Source: an uncultured Bacilli bacterium (GTDB lineage Bacteria; Bacillota_I; Bacilli_A; RF39; UBA660). From it: DNA of 64,000 nt. Where the stretch lies: assembly GCA_947624565.1 (NCBI GenBank), contig CANQKX010000002.1, forward strand, positions 2,059 through 66,058, written 5' to 3'. Made by a program: the position numbers and the translations under genes. This document shows positions 62,919 through 64,000 of the stretch, piece after piece. Within the stretch, counting starts at the first letter, position 1. Each line of letters starts with the position of its first letter. Under the pieces are notes generated by a model. That model did no database searches and was not told where the DNA came from. It worked only from the letters and a program-made list of their open reading frames with translations.

Positions 62919-63082
62919 GTATAAAATAATTTTTATAGATAACAATAATAATGTCATATGAAAAATATGACGATAAGTTTGAAGAACCTAATTATTATTA
63001 GGTTCTTTTTTATTTTAATATTTACTTAAATATGTAAAAATGTTAAAATTATATTGTATATAAATGATAAAGTGAGGTAGTT

Positions 63083-64000
63083 ATGGAAAAAAAAGAGTAT
63101 GTATCATTAGAAGAATATAATAAATTGTTAGATAAATACAATGATGTAAGTGAAAAATTATGGCAACTTGAACATAGAAAAGTAGTTAGAGGAGCAAATA
63201 AACTTATAAGAATTGCTAAAAAAATGAAATTAGATAAAGTAGCAAAATTTATAAAAAGAGGATTTAATGGATTTTTTAGAATAGTAGGTATACCTAAAAT
63301 ATTTTTTAATAATCTTTTTGTAAGAAATATAAATAAGTTAACATTGCCAGAATATAAATATTTTAAATTTAAAAAAAATAGAATAGAAAATTATTATTTA
63401 GATACTTCTAAAATTAAACATTCATGTGAGAAAGATTTAGTAACTATTGTACTTCCAATATATAATGGAGATAAATTAATGAGTCAAACGATAGATAGTA
63501 TACTAAATCAAACGTATAAAAAATTTGAATTAATAATTGTAAATGATGGCTCAACAGATAAAACATTAAAAATAGCAGAGGAATATGCAAAAAAAGACTC
63601 AAGAATAAAAGTAATAAATCAAGAAAATCAGAAATTACCACAATCAATTGCAAATGGATTTAAAGTAGCAAATGGAGAGTATTCAATGTGGGTAGGAGCA
63701 GATGATATACTTCATAATAATTGTATAGAGTCTATGCTAAATGATTTAAAAAGCGACGAAAAAGTTGATTTTGTATATCCAAATGTTAGATTAATTGATG
63801 AAAATAATAAAATTATTACTAGCAATAAGTGGTATGCAAGCAATAAAGAACATCCAGAATATGTAATGCTTCCTAAAAATATGCTTGAATTTTGCGAAGT
63901 AAAGAATAATTATATTGCGCCAATATGTATGTATAAATCAATAGTTGTAAAAACATTATCTGATTTTTCAAAAAATAGATTTACTGTTGAAGATTATGAT
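63083..64000 (+). CDS. GT2-family glycosyltransferase with an N-terminal extension, 3'-partial (runs off the window)
   Basis: Manual translation from the ATG at 63083 (gaggtag RBS) has no stop up to the window end. VTIVLPIYNGDKLMSQTIDSILNQ...VNDGSTD...GADD are GT2 motifs. Confidence 0.65.
   Translation, partial: MEKKEYVSLEEYNKLLDKYNDVSEKLWQLEHRKVVRGANKLIRIAKKMKLDKVAKFIKRGFNGFFRIVGIPKIFFNNLFVRNINKLTLPEYKYFKFKKNRIENYYLDTSKIKHSCEKDLVTIVLPIYNGDKLMSQTIDSILNQTYKKFELIIVNDGSTDKTLKIAEEYAKKDSRIKVINQENQKLPQSIANGFKVANGEYSMWVGADDILHNNCIESMLNDLKSDEKVDFVYPNVRLIDENNKIITSNKWYASNKEHPEYVMLPKNMLEFCEVKNNYIAPICMYKSIVVKTLSDFSKNRFTVEDYD

Overview
AT-rich window (roughly 25-28% GC by eye) from a low-GC Firmicute; gene content and order suggest a Clostridium-type chromosome. 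About 1-31 kb is mainly + strand housekeeping genes: pcrA, galU, ligA, a GT2 gene, rplS, lepB, rbgA, rnhB, topA, serS with a T-box leader, miaB with a ymcA-like gene, a TrmH-family methyltransferase, and rimM-trmD-trpS. Hypothetical, HD-domain, HExxH, S41 peptidase, UDG-like and DUF genes are interspersed. About 33-44 kb is a cell-envelope block: a GGDEF sensor, a YihY protein, an LtaS-family protein, an LCP protein on the - strand, and a dockerin/cadherin-like pair of secreted proteins. About 44.8-61.6 kb, resuming after the RNA element at 63.1 kb, is a large glycopolymer biosynthesis locus. It holds a GT-C enzyme, a Wzy-like polymerase, an LbH acetyltransferase, many GT2/GT4 genes, GtrB-like and GtrA-like genes, an SGNH hydrolase, an AT3 acyltransferase, a TagH/TagG-like ABC exporter, galE, and a split Alg14/Alg13-like transferase. 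Notable extras are a decayed mobile-element scar at 1.5-2.15 kb, tandem cysteine-rich paralogs between serS and miaB, a TrmD with a long C-terminal extension, and a GC-rich candidate structured RNA (~61.78-62.10 kb) driven by a consensus promoter inside the glycosyltransferase cluster. I recognised no CRISPR arrays, rRNA genes or tRNA genes. All calls come from reading motifs in the supplied translations; no database searches were run.
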